Below, piece by piece: positions 38,735 to 51,670 of a stretch of DNA of 64,000 nt. Origin of the DNA: Felis catus (Eukaryota); the NCBI RefSeq assembly GCF_018350175.1, contig NC_058368.1:209190001-209254000 (forward strand). Reading direction: 5' to 3'. How positions within the stretch are numbered: the first letter of the stretch is position 1; the number at the start of each line of letters is the position of its first letter. A model generated the notes under the pieces. The model had not been told where the DNA came from. It saw nothing but the letters and a program-made list of their open reading frames with translations, and searched no databases. The translations under genes were made by a program, and so were the position numbers.

Positions 38735-40670
38735 TTTTTTTTTTTTTAATTTTTTATTTAATTTTATATTTTTAGTTTACATCCAGGTTAGGATATAGTG
38801 CAACAATGCTTTCAGAGGTAGATTCCTTAATGCCCCTTACCCATTTAGCCTATCCCCCCTCCCACAACCCCTCCAGCAACCCTCTGTTTGTTCTCCATAT
38901 TTAAGAGTCTCTTATGTTTTATCCCCCTCCCTGTTTTTATATTATTTTTGCTTCCCTTCTCTTGTGTTCATCTGTTCTGTGTCTTAAAGGCCTCATATGG
39001 GTGAAGTCATATGATATTTGTCTTTCTGACTAATTTCGCTTAGCATAATACCCTCTATTCCATCCATGTAGTTGCAAATGGCAAGATTTCATTCTTTTTG
39101 ATTGCTCAGTAATACTACATTGTATATATATACCACATCTTTATCCATTCATCCATCGATGGACATTTGGACTCTTTCCCTACTTGGGCTATTGTTGATA
39201 GTTCTGCTATAAACATTGGGGTGCATGTGGCCCTTCAAAACAGCATACCTGTATCCCTTGAATAAATACCTAGTAGTGCAGTTGCTGGGTCATAGGGTAG
39301 TTCTACTTTTAATTTTTTGAGGAACCTCCATACTGTTTTCCAGAGTGTCTGCACCAGTTTGCATTCCCACCAGCAGTGCAAAAGAGATCCTTTTTCTCCA
39401 CATCCTTGTTAACATCTGTTGTTGCCTCAGTTGTTAATGTTAGCCATTCTGACAGGTGTGAGGTGGTATCTCATTGTGATTTTGATTTGTATTTCCTTGA
39501 TGATGTGTGATGTTGAGCATTTTTTCATGTGTCTGTTGGCCATCCGGATGTCTTTGGAGAAGTGTCTATTCATGTCTTTTGCCCATTTCTTCACTGGATT
39601 ATTTGTTTTTTGGGTGTGGAGTTTGAGAAGTTCTTTATAGATTTTGGATACTAACCCTTTATCTGATACGTCATTTGCAAATATCTTCTCCCATTCAGTT
39701 GGTTGTCTTTTAGTTTTGCTGATTGTTTCCTTTGCTGAGGTCCCAATAGTTCATTTTTGCTTTTGTTTCCCTTGTCTCTGGAGATGTGTTGGGTAAGAAG
39801 TTGCTGTGGCCAAGATCAAAGAGGTTTTTGCCTTTTCTCCTCAAGGATTTTGATGGCTTCCTGTATTACATTGAGGTCTTTCATCCATTTTGAGTTTATT
39901 TTTGTGTGTGGTGTAAAGAAGTGGTCCAGGTTCATTTTTCTGCATGTCGCTGTCCAGTTTTCCCAGCACCACTTGCTGAAGAGACTGTCTTTATTTTTAT
40001 TCCATTGGATATTCTTTCCTGCTTTGTCAAAGATTAGTTGGCCTTACATTTGTGGATCCATTGCTGGGTTCTCTTTTCTGTTCCATTGATTTGAGTGTCT
40101 GTTTTTGTGCCAGTACCATACTGTCTTGATGATTACAGCTTTGTAATACAGCTTGAAGTCCGGGATTGTGATGCCTCCTGCTTTGGTTTTCTTTTTCAAG
40201 ATTGCTTTGGCTATTTGGGGTCTTCTCTGATTCCATACAAATTTTAGAATTGTTTGTTCTAGCTCTGAGAAGAATGCTGGTGTTATTTTGATAGGGATTG
40301 CATTGAATATGTAGATTGCTTTGGGTAGTATTGACATTTAGCAATATTTGTTCTTCCTATCCAGGAGCATGGAATATTTTTCCATTTTTTTGTGTCTTCC
40401 ATTTCTTTCATAAGCTTTCTATAGATTTTTCACCTCTTTGGTTAGATTTATTCCTAGGTATTTTATGGTTTTGGGTGGAATTGTAAATGGGATCGATTCC
40501 TTGATTTCTCTTTCTGTTGCTTCATTGTTGGTGTATAGGAATACAACTGATTTCTGTGCATTGATTTTATATCCTGCAACTTTGCTGAATTCATGAATCA
40601 GTTCTAGCAGTTTTTTGGTGGAATCTTTTAGGTTTTCCATATAGAGTGTCATGTCATTTGCAAAGAGTGA
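38735..40670 (-). mobile_element. 5'-truncated carnivore L1 (ORF2 RT/C-terminal region plus 3' UTR) inserted into a Can-SINE
   Basis: ORFs 40419..40652 and 40044..40337 encode L1 ORF2p ([43 protein letters not shown]). Poly-T at 38735. The SINE head at 38702-38734 resumes at ~40672. Confidence 0.93.
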
Positions 40671-41025
40671 GGAGAATTTGACTCTATATCAGCTCAGATC
40701 ATGATCTCACGGTCATGAAATCAATCCCTACATTAGGCTCTGCATTGAGCCTAGAGCCTGCTGGGGATTCTCTCTCGCCCTCTTTCTCCCTGCCCCTCCC
40801 CCACTTGTGCTCTCTCTCAAAATAAATAAATAAGCAAACATTTTTAAAATAGAAAACTTAAGGGGCACCTGGGTGGTTCAGTTGGTTGAGCATCCGACCT
40901 TGGCTAAGGTCATGATCTCCTGGTTCATGGGTTTGAGCCTCACATCAGGCTGTATGCTGACAGCTCACAGCCTGGAGCCTGTTTCGGATTCTATGTCTCC
41001 CTGTCTCTCTGTGCTCTTCCCCCAG

Positions 41026-41071
<46 letters not shown>

Positions 41072-41099
41072 ACAAAAATAAACACTAAAAAATAATAGA

Positions 41100-41259
41100 A
41101 TCATGGGAATCTACTCCCAAAACCAAGAGCACACTATGTACACTTATATACTATAAGTGTACAAGTACACTTATAGTATACAAGTGTATACTTGTATTAT
41201 ATACACTATATACACATGTTAGCTAACTTGACAATAAATTATATTTAGGGGAAAAAAAA
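41100..41259 (+). mobile_element. Very short felid L1 3' end
   Basis: 'catgggaatctactcccaaaaccaagagcacact...gttagctaacttgacaataaattat' followed by an A-tail. Confidence 0.7.
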
Positions 41260-41526
41260 TAGAAATTTTAAGATGTGAAAAAAGTGTTTACCCAAAAGAA
41301 ATGAAGTAGAAGATCTGGAACACTTGATGATTCTACCCTACCGGTAATTATATGTCCTTTTAGGGGATTAATTTTTGTTTATTTTGTAACTTATTTACTT
41401 ATTGTGATGCACGTTATGTATATGTGTTATATGTATTAATATTAGTAGTAACTAATATTACTAATTAAGGTAATTAGGGATGCATATTATTTGGCATTCC
41501 ATAAGATTTTGTGTTTTAAACTTTAG

Positions 41527-41627
41527 GTATTCTACTGATGGCAGCCTCAGAAAATGAAGATAATGACATTTTGTGGTGTGTTAACCATGATACATTTCCT
41601 TTCCAAAAGCCAATGATGGAAACCCAG
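41527..41627 (+). CDS. NUP155: NUP155 exon 12
   Basis: [33 protein letters not shown]; 101 nt. Confidence 0.96.
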
Positions 41628-42814
41628 GTAAGTTATCCTGAGAATCTTAAGGAACTTTTTATATATTTTATAATATTAAGTGAAGAGTAAAATTGTAAGA
41701 ATCTTTATGTTGTGATATTTATCTTGAATACTCATATATGATTAGAAATCGAAAATAAGTGAATTCTGTTAATTCTTTGTTTTCCTCTGAGGTTGGTTAA
41801 TCATTAAAACTATGTTTTGACATTGGAGCCCTTTCAGAATGGTTTTCATAATGTACCCCAAAATGCATGTTTTTTCTGAAATGACTTTTGTCCCATTTAA
41901 ATATATTGGATTTTCAGTTATTTAATTATGAGGCCATCCACTATAGTTATGACTTAGAATTTTATCTTAATGATGCCTTTAATTTATATTTCTGCCTGCA
42001 TTCAAAAATTTGTTTAATTGTAGAAATTTTCAAGCGTGCACAAAAATAGAATGATAAATCGAACCCCCATAATTAAAGAATTACCAACCCTTTCCCCATC
42101 TTGTTTCATATCTCTTCCCTGCATATACAAATGTACACACACAAACACATGGTTGTGTTTTAAAAGCAGATATCACCACATACTCCATGATGTCGACACA
42201 GAGTTCCTAGGTAAGGTTTGCCGCCCCAGCCTGCCTTGGCCCAGTCCCACACCTGGGCTACTCATCTCAGCCCTCAGCATAGAAGGAGCTAAGGAGAGGC
42301 CAGTGCCACCAAGAGTATGGCTAAGGGAGCCATCTATGCTCCTTCCCATTGGTATCCCCTATTTACCCCTATCTGTTAATCCTAAATGCCCTCGCATAAC
42401 CCATGCTGCTTGCCCCTGAGGATGCTGATCAAACCAAATAAATATACTCCTTTTGGAATCATCTCTTTAAAGGCATTTTTGGTTCCAGCTGCTGCCAACT
42501 GCTTCCTGGTTATTCTCAAACTTAAGCCCTTTTAGTTATGAGGAGCAGGAAAGGTATGTAGATGACAGGAAGAAGAAAGCATCCCCAGGGATGGGGGCGT
42601 GGTTTGAATGGGCTCTTCCAAGTTTCTGACATGGCCCAGGGAGCTGGGGTAGAGGGTAGGTATGGAAGCAAAAAGCATTTTTCTCATTCTTTTTTTTTTT
42701 TCCCCCCATTATTTAAGCTTTACTGAGCACTGACTATGTGTCTCATCCTGTGGTAGACTGTGAGGATTCAGAACTCATTAAGATACAAACCTTATCCTGA
42801 TGGAAGCACATTGT

Positions 42815-43030
42815 TAGAAAGTGCAGGTTTGAATTCTGGCTCCCATTTCCTTAAAGCTGTGGCTCAAAGTGTTTAATGTATCTGTGGCCCTCAATTACTT
42901 TGTCTATAATAGGTATAAGAATACCTACCTTTGTGGGTTTGTTGTAGGATTAAATGAGTTCATGTGTGTAAAGCACTCAGCATACTGCCTGGCATATATG
43001 AAGCACTCAATAAGTGATTAAAAATGATAA
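42815..43030. mobile_element. MIR remnant
   Basis: 'ggtttgaattctggctcc...aatacctacct...gattaaatgagtt...gtaaagcact...tgcctggcatat...cactcaataa'. Confidence 0.7.
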
Positions 43031-44097
43031 CTGTTATTTTTTTTTAGCAAATACTATGTATCGTATCCTTTCATTTGTATAATACTTGTTCCCAAATGTG
43101 GACTTTTAAAAAGAAAAACAGTTACCAAATATAAATGTGTAGTGCATGGACTTTAACCAAATCATACTCTCCCCAAAACAGCTGTATAAGACATTAGAAC
43201 AATGGGGAAATTCTGTATTGACTGGGCATTAGGCTATTGTTAACATTCTTAAATGTTACAGTAGCATGGTTATCTAAGAAAACACCCTTATTTTTAGGAG
43301 ATGCATGGAAAAGTATATAGCAGTGACATATGTCATTTTCAAATGGTTCAGTTAAAAAAATATATACGTATATATTTATATATGGCAAAACGCTAATAGT
43401 TATTGAATCCAGGTATTGGGAATATAGACATTTATTGTGCTTTAAACATTTTTAGAAGTTTGAAATTTTTTATAATAAAAGTACTTTAGAAAATTAAAAC
43501 ACTTTAAAAAGAAGTAGCTTAGAAAGCAAAAACTTCAGAAGAGAACAAAAATCTGTATGTCAGCAAAGGGAAGTATTAAACCTATCCAATCCTGGAAAGA
43601 TGGTAGGATATAGTTTTTCGTTATTGAAAGAATTGTAATCCTAGTAAATACTGTTTACAGTTAATCTATTTTTTAAATGAAGTTTATGTATTTATTTTTG
43701 AGAGAGAGGCAAGAGAGAATCCCAAGCAGGCACCATGCTGCCAGTGTGGAGCCTGACCCTGGGCTCCACTCCATGACTGCAAGATTATGACCTGAGCTGA
43801 AATCAAGAGTCAGACACAACCGACTGAGGCACCCAGGCACCCCTGTTTACAGTTAATCATAAGAAAATTTTGCCTCTGCCTTCTAGTATGAAAGATTATT
43901 GTCATAGAAGATGGCCTTATTAGAGGAATAGACAGTAGAACGTTAAATAGAAACTTGAGAATGTTCACATTCATGGGTTATTAATTTATGAAATTCTGCA
44001 TTTTCTTAGAGATTAGACCTATATATTTTCCTTTTTAGAAGGTTTTGCTTTATGTAACTTTAATAACAGGTATAAAATGTTTATTTCTTCCGTGTAG

Positions 44098-44268
44098 ATG
44101 ACAACCCGTGTTGATGGTCATTCATGGGCTCTCTCTGCAATAGATGAATTGAAAGTAGATAAAATTATTACACCCTTAAATAAGGATCATATTCCCATAA
44201 CTGACTCACCAGTTGTGGTACAGCAGCACATGTTGCCTCCAAAGAAATTTGTTCTCCTCTCAGCACAG
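44098..44268 (+). CDS. NUP155: NUP155 exon 13
   Basis: [24 protein letters not shown]...FVLLSAQ; 171 nt. Confidence 0.96.
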
Positions 44269-45995
44269 GTATGTACATGTTCTCTTAAGGTGGGGTCAAA
44301 AAAGAAGCAGTGTTTAATGTTAAGATATTCTGCAATATTTGCTTAATAGAGTCATTTACTTAAGTGCTTCAGGAAGTTTTACTCTTAAAGATATTCTTAA
44401 GGAATAATTTGTTAAGTACCAAAAATGCAACAAAAAACTTATTTATAAAGTGTTATACTTTTTCTAAAGCAGCATTTCTAATACCAGTGTTGAGTGGCAT
44501 AAAATAAAATAACCCAAGTTTTTTATAATTCTCACTTATTAAAAACATTGCTTGGCATTTGTTTTTTGAATAGTAATGCATTAACAAAATTCAAATGGCA
44601 TAACAGGGAGTACGCAGAGTAAATCCTTCCTTGCAGTTGAGGTCCCTTCCCTACAGACCCATGTATGTCATCAGCATCTGTGTGTTCTTCCAGAGGTGCA
44701 GATGTACAAACTATAAAATAATGGTAGCGTATTCTATACACTGTTTTATATCTTGTTTTTTATATTTCAGATATATACTTTAGAGATCTTTCCATATAAT
44801 CATATAAAGAACTTTCTCATTTTGTGTTTGAAAGGTTTTCTTTTATATGCATGTGCCATATTTTATGAGGCCCCTATTAATGGATTATCTTTTGCTGTTT
44901 GTAATGCTACAATCTTGTGCATGTATCATTTTCTGTTTGTATGAATAAAGCTGTAGCACTGCATCTGCTGGGTCAAAGAATATGTGCATTTCTAATTTTG
45001 ATAAATGTTGCCAGATTCCCCTGTATTCATACATATATGCATATACTCAATATTGATGAATATTGAGTGCCTATTTCCTTACATCTTGTCCCAACTATAA
45101 TACATCATTTTATTAAGAGTAAGATGGACAGTCTTTTTAAATGTCTATTTTTCTATGAACTATCTTTTCCTATTTTATCAAATTTTCTTTTTCTTTTTGA
45201 TTTATAGAAGCTCTTTATTAAGGAGACATTTTGTAATTTTAGTGTCATATTTTTCCTAGTTTCTCATTTTGTTTATTGAGATTTTTCCCCTAGGGATAAA
45301 ACATATAAGTAGTCAAAATTTTCTGTTATCTTTGGGAATTATGAAATAAGCAAAAAAAACAAAAACAAAACCTTCCTCATTCTGGGGTGTATAAAAATTT
45401 CACCTATAGTTTATTTCAGTACTAGTATAGTTTTATTTTGTCATTTAAATCTTTGATCTGTTTGGAGTGTATCTTGGTGTATGATTAAGGATCCAGCATT
45501 TTTTTCTAAATGGACATGTTTATGCCAACATGATTAATGGATAATCTAACTTTAATCCTCTGCTCTGAGGGACAGCTTTTATCATATTCTAAATTCGAGT
45601 ATTTACTTGAACCTATATCAGAACTTTCTAAATCTAATAAGAAAACACTGACCTTCACCAAAGAATAAATCCCAAATTAATTTAAAAGGCTCTGGCTCTG
45701 TAGATACGACATTTTATAAACCTGTGTTTTATGCCTGGTGATAGTACATGCCCTGTGAACATGTCATGTGTCTTACAGAGCAGTGTTTTCTTCTTTAATT
45801 TTGTCTGTGGACGTATAGATCTAGTATAGATTGGGAATTGAAATGTAGATGTTCCTTTTGACTGGTTTGCTTGGTATTCTTGAAGGGTTTTGTTTTATTG
45901 ATTTTATTAAGTAAAATATCAGTGTCAGTTGATCCACCCATGCTCTATAAATCTATTATTTATGTATTTATGTGGTTTTTTTTTTAACTTCTTAG

Positions 45996-46106
45996 GGGAG
46001 TCTTATGTTTCATAAACTTAGACCTGTAGATCAACTGAGGCATCTACTTGTGAGTAATGTGGGTGGAGATGGAGAAGAAATTGAAAGGTTCTTTAAATTA
46101 CATCAG
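45996..46106 (+). CDS. NUP155: NUP155 exon 14
   Basis: [37 protein letters not shown]; 111 nt. Confidence 0.96.
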
Positions 46107-46143
46107 GTAATTATTTGTATTTTTTTTTTAAATATATTTTAAA

Positions 46144-46370
46144 GGGGCGCCTGGGTGGCTCAGTCGGTTGAGCGTCCGACTTCAGCTCAGGTCATGATCT
46201 CGCGGTCCGTGAGTTCGAGCCCCGCGTCGGGCTCTGGGCTGATGGCTTGGAGCCTGGAGCCTGCTTCCGATTCTGTGTCTCCCTCTCTCTCTGCCCCTCC
46301 CCCGTTCATGCTCTGTCTCTCTCTGTCTCAAAAATAAATAAACGTTAAAAAAAAAAAAATTAAAAAAAAT
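46144..46370 (+). mobile_element. Young felid Can-SINE 37 nt downstream of the exon 14 donor
   Basis: Near-consensus copy; TSD aaatatattttaaa. Confidence 0.92.
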
Positions 46371-47713
46371 ATATTTTAAAAAATGAAACAATGGGAGTCA
46401 AAGCTCAATTTTATGTAAGTTAGGATCAAAATACTATAATTAACAGGCAATCTTAGCAGCCTTCCTTTCTTTAGTCACTATGTATATACTAATATTTGGG
46501 AGCAGTTTCAATAGGTAAAGCTTATGCAGTAAACTCAGATTTTCATTTGTTATTGATAAGTTCTTATTAAAGTATACTAGTAAGAGACTGATGTTCCAAC
46601 TTATATGATAAAACACAAGGCATTTATGAACAAATCTTTTTTTTTTTTTTTGCCAATGACCTGAGGAAAAAATTAGGGGCAATAGTGATGGGGCCGTTAG
46701 TATTTCAGAGCCACAGCTACAATTGACAAGGTAAAACTCAGAAAGCTTAAGATCAAGAATATCAGATCAAAGTTAAATACAGAGACACTGGATTCAAATC
46801 ACCAGCTCCACCACAAGGGCAGAGTACTTGAATTCTGTGGGCTTCAGTTTCTTCATGTGTAAAACATGCATTGGATAGGGGCGCCTGGGTGGCTCTGTCG
46901 GCTAGCTTCCAACTCTTGGTTTTGGCTCAGGTCATGATTTTAGAGTTCGTGAGCTGAAGCTCCTTATAGGGCTGTGTGCTGACAGTGTGGGGTCTGCTTG
47001 GGATTCTCTCCCCCTCTCTCTGCCCTTCCCACACATGCATGTGCTCTCCCTTTCTCTTGCTCTAAATACATACATACATACATACATACATACATACATA
47101 CCAAAAAGTATGCATTATAGTAGTATATGATGTGGGGATTGATATATGTTGTCCTCTTAAAATAGTACCTGGCATGTGACAGGTACTCAATAGATATTAG
47201 CTACTGTTGTTATTTTCTAAAAGGTAAAAAGACCATGAGGAAAAAAAATTAGGGGAATAAACTAAAATAGAATCTAGATAGAAAGAAAAAGAAAGGACCC
47301 TTTAATGATAGTGCCTATGATAAATTTTCTCCTTTTTCATACCACCTGATCTCATTCACTTAGCAAATATATATTGAGCACCTGCTCTGTGCTAGGCACA
47401 GACTTAAACACAGGGTACAGCAATAACCAAAACTTCTTTGTAAATGTTTATGTTTGGGACGCCTGGGTGGCACATTCGGTTGAATGTCCAAATCTGGATT
47501 TCAGCTCAGGTCATGATCTCTCAGTTCATGAGATCGATCCCCACATAGGACTCTGCTGACAGCACAGAGCATGCTTGGGATTCTCTCTCTCCCTCTCTGT
47601 TCCTCCCCTGCTCATGCTCTCTCTCTTTCAAAATAAACATTTAAAATAAAATATAATAAATAAATGTTTATGTTTAATATAAGGCAAGATACTTTTTTTT
47701 TTTTTTTTAACAG

Positions 47714-47808
47714 GAAGACCAGGCTTGTGCAACTTGCCTTATCCTTGCTTGTTCCACTGCTGCTTGTGACAGAGAAGTATCTGCATGGGCTACTCGGGCT
47801 TTCTTCAG
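47714..47808 (+). CDS. NUP155: NUP155 exon 15
   Basis: [31 protein letters not shown]; 95 nt. Confidence 0.96.
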
Positions 47809-48539
47809 GTATATGTCCGTTTTCTTTTGTTCTTGCTCACTTTTTTAAGTCGTTGCATTGGCCAGCATGATGGTTTTTAAGGGCTTGCCAAACAGTTGAG
47901 GAAGTATTTAGGCAAGTTACTAAAATTCTTTTGCAAAAGGTTGAAATCTGGAAAGATTATAACACTAATGGAAGTTGCTAGATTAGCACAATGTATGAAT
48001 TGTTACCCTTGCTCTAGGTAACTTCTAATATTCTTTTTTCACCTCTTTCTACTCCAGTTACTATATCTTTTGTATTTCCTGAAACACTCTACCGATTCTG
48101 CTTTATTTGTATCATTGGCATTGAGGGATTCTGAATCACTTTAAGGAAACTTGGTATCAAAGAAATATTTTTATTTGGAAAATATTTAGCTAAAGATAAG
48201 AATTTGAAGTCTGATTTGTTTAAAACAATTTTTCCAGTGCTGTCTAACCATAATCTGTATAAAAATTACAGTGTCATATACTCTTAAGTAAATTCTGGAT
48301 AGTACTGACCCTTCTTAGAAATTGCTGGAGTCCCTTATAATTCTTTCTGGTAGAGATTCAAGTCAACATTTATTAAGTATTATAAATCTATGCTTATATG
48401 TAAGCATTATAAACACAATACATGAAGTCTCTAATGTTTCAAGGATTTATTTGGGAGCTAAACAAGACTTGGAACAATTCCAGCTTTTAAGGTGGATAAT
48501 TTCACTGAATAAGATTAGCTTTTTTTGTCACAAAAACAG

Positions 48540-48628
48540 GTATGGTGGTGAAGCACAGATGAGATTTCCAGCCACTCTCCCTGCTCCAAGTAACGTGGGT
48601 CCCATCTTAGGGTCTCCTGTCTACGCTA
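48540..48628 (+). CDS. NUP155: NUP155 exon 16
   Basis: [29 protein letters not shown]; 89 nt. Confidence 0.95.
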
Positions 48629-48661
48629 GTGAGTATGAAACATTGAAATGAGACTATTTCT

Positions 48662-49087
48662 TTCTTTTTTTTCAATATTTATTTATTTTTGAGAGACAGA
48701 GCACCAGTGAGGGAAGGGTAGAGAGATGAGGGAAGGGACACAGAATCCAAAGCAGGCTCCAGCCTCTGAGCTGTCAGCACAGAGCCCAATGCAGGACTCG
48801 AACTCATGGATCGCGAGGTCATAACCTGAGCCAAAGTCGGACGCTTAACCAACTGAGCCACCCAGGTGCCCCAAAATGAGACTATTTCTTTTTTTTTCTT
48901 TTAATTTTAAATGTTTTTATTTATTTTTGAGAGAGACAGAGTGGGGTAGGGGCACAGAGAGAGGGAGGCAGAGGCGAGCTCTGTCCTGAGAGCAGAGAGC
49001 CCAATGGGGGTCTTGAACTCACCAACCGCAAGATCATGACCTGAGCCAAAGTCAGACACTCAACCAACTGAGCCACCCAGGTGCCCC
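48662..49087 (-). mobile_element. Two tandem antisense Can-SINEs
   Basis: Separated and flanked by three copies of gagactatttct. Confidence 0.9.
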
Positions 49088-49534
49088 GAGACTATTTCTA
49101 ATAGTTTGAATTTTAGAAACTATGTAGTTTCCATATAGCATATTTTAACGAACAAACCTTTTCATTATATCTTGTTTACTGCTACTGTTTTATTGGGTGA
49201 ATAATTCTATAGATGTCCAACTCTTGAAAGTGATGATATGGTAACATTGAGTTCTTTATGTTAGAGAACAAATAATACATAACCAGTGTATTTACAGAAC
49301 TCGTTTGACATTCAAAAGGAAGGAGGTGAATGATTTAATGAGTAAACTCCCACCTCAGTGTTTTCCAAAGTGGAGATAGTTAGAAAGTTCCTGAGAAATA
49401 AGAGTAGTCTCTAAATCTTGAATATGTCACAGATGGTACCACTCCTCACTCGTGCTTAGAAACAGCTTCTCTAATTTCATCAGATTTAAAAGATTGAGAA
49501 ATTATTTTATAAATCTTTATATTCTTTTTTTCAG

Positions 49535-49597
49535 GTTCTCCTATTCCTAGTACTAGTTCATACCCAAATCCAACATTTCTGGGAACACCATCTCAAG
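49535..49597 (+). CDS. NUP155: NUP155 exon 17
   Basis: SPIPSTSSYPNPTFLGTPSQ; 63 nt; frame-consistent with its neighbours. Confidence 0.92.
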
Positions 49598-50110
49598 GTA
49601 CTTGGGTTCTTTATTTTACATTGCTATACTATTTGAAGAGCTAACACTGTTATTATCTTTAATACTTAGTTAAAGATTAACTTGCCCTATTGTCTTGAAA
49701 ATCATAATTTAATATGAATCACATCCAAGCAAGTATTGACATTTGGCCATGAATGCCTTTGCATAGGAACACCTTTAGCTGTGTGCCTGGAAAGCTCCTT
49801 ATTTGGGTACCAGGATTTAATGAGCCATGTCATCTGTATAATTAGCTCTGTTTGACTCCCAGTTTAAGGAGTAGTGATTGCAAGCTTTCTTTCCTTTTAT
49901 CCTGCAGGCTGACACTTGAAAGCCTACCTGGGAGCACCCATCCAAGTCTGAGTCTCTTCTTTTCAGGGAAAACCAAATTCAATATCTGTTTATACTAGTA
50001 TTTTTGTAAATATTCTTACCTTTGGGTCTAGACACGCAGGCTTGGGTTATTGAGAATTCTGAATGTTTAAGGTTAAATTTAAAGGTTTGTCTTTATTATG
50101 TGCATACAAG

Positions 50111-50258
50111 GTGTACACCCTCCTGCCATGTCAACACCAGTGTGTGCTTCAGGAAATCCAGCAACTCAGGCCGCAAGTATGACTTGTATGGCTGCACCAG
50201 AGATCGTGTACTCTGGAAAACACAATGGTATTTGCATCTACTTTTCTCGAATCATGGG
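50111..50258 (+). CDS. NUP155: NUP155 exon 18
   Basis: [48 protein letters not shown]; 148 nt. Confidence 0.95.
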
Positions 50259-51064
50259 GTAAGTTTTGTATGGAATAACCCAACTATTGCTCACCTTGTC
50301 CCATTTTGTGTGAATATTTTTAACTCTAAATTTGGGCCATCATTCATTTCTATTAAATTTTACTTACACTTTTAGTTCATTTGTTCATTAATAAGATTGT
50401 ATTCTATTGTTTAACTATTTTATCATATGACCACCTATATTTGTTGCTGTGGTTTACATATATGCATATGTATACACGTACATATCAATACGTAGTGTTC
50501 CAAACCACCCCATAACTCAGTGACATGTGTCTGCAAGTCAGCTAGGCAGTTCTGATCTTGGCTAGGCTCACTCATTTATATGCAATCAGCCCTGAGGTTG
50601 AAGAGAGCTCTGCTAGTCTTGGATTCGCACATGTTTAGGGTCATGTTTGTATGTTGAATGGCATCTGCTGGGACAGCTGGGTGGTTCTTCACATGGTTTC
50701 ATCCTCTAGCAGGTTAGCCGGGGTTTATTTACTTGGTGGTAGCAAGGTCCCATGAAAAAGGGTAGAAATTGGCAAAGCCTCTTGATAACTGGGTTTAGAT
50801 TTGGCTTTACCATCACTTTCACTTCATTCGCTGGACGAGGGGAATATCTCCAGGCCAACCTAGATTCAAAAATAGAATCCAGCGGTACCTGGGTGGCTCA
50901 CTTGGTTGAGCGTCCAACTCTTGATTTCAGGTCAGGTCATGATCTCATGGTTTGTGAGTTCAAGCTCTGTATCAGGCTCTGTGCTGATGGTACAGAGCCT
51001 GCTTGGGATTCTCTGTCTCCCTTTATCTCCACCTCTCCCCTGCTTGTGCGTGCGTGCTCTCGCT

Positions 51065-51105
<41 letters not shown>

Positions 51106-51603
51106 AAAATAAACTTTAAAAAAGAGTCCATTGAAAAATGGGAAATATATTCCTTGTTATGAGAGGCACATCGAACTCGTAAAGGATAGGTATAAGGAGG
51201 GATAAAGAATTACAACATTTTTGCCATTAGTCTGTCATATCTAGTTAATTGTCCTGTCTGCTGTGTATTTGTCTTAGATTTGAGATGTATGCTTTCATTT
51301 CAATCATTTGCTCAAAAATGTGAAACACTGCAGCACTCCTTTATAAGTTTGTTTTTGCATTATAAGCTTTCTTGTTTATAATTCACTGCCCATCGTGTTT
51401 TGATTTTTCTTAAACAGTATTATGTAAAATATCTTAGGTATGTCAGGTTTAGACATTTTCTTGTTTTCCATCTTTTGGATAACTTCATGAAATGTTAAAT
51501 GAAATCATTGCTGTCCTTTAATAAATACATAGAGAGGAATTTAGTACATATTGTAATTGTTTTGTTTATACGGCATAATTGTTAAAACATTTTTTTATTT
51601 CAG

Positions 51604-51670
51604 AAATATCTGGGATGCTAGTTTAGTTGTGGAGAGAGTATTCAAGAGTGGCAGCAGAGAGATCACCGCA
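51604..51670 (+). CDS. NUP155: NUP155 exon 19
   Basis: [22 protein letters not shown]; 67 nt. Confidence 0.96.

Noticed and set aside
43048..43071. 15-nt in-frame microexon candidate followed by a U12-like donor GTATCCTTT
   Set aside because: It appears to lie in a degraded L1 remnant, and exon 13 has a U2-type acceptor with no U12 branch point to pair with. Most likely chance.
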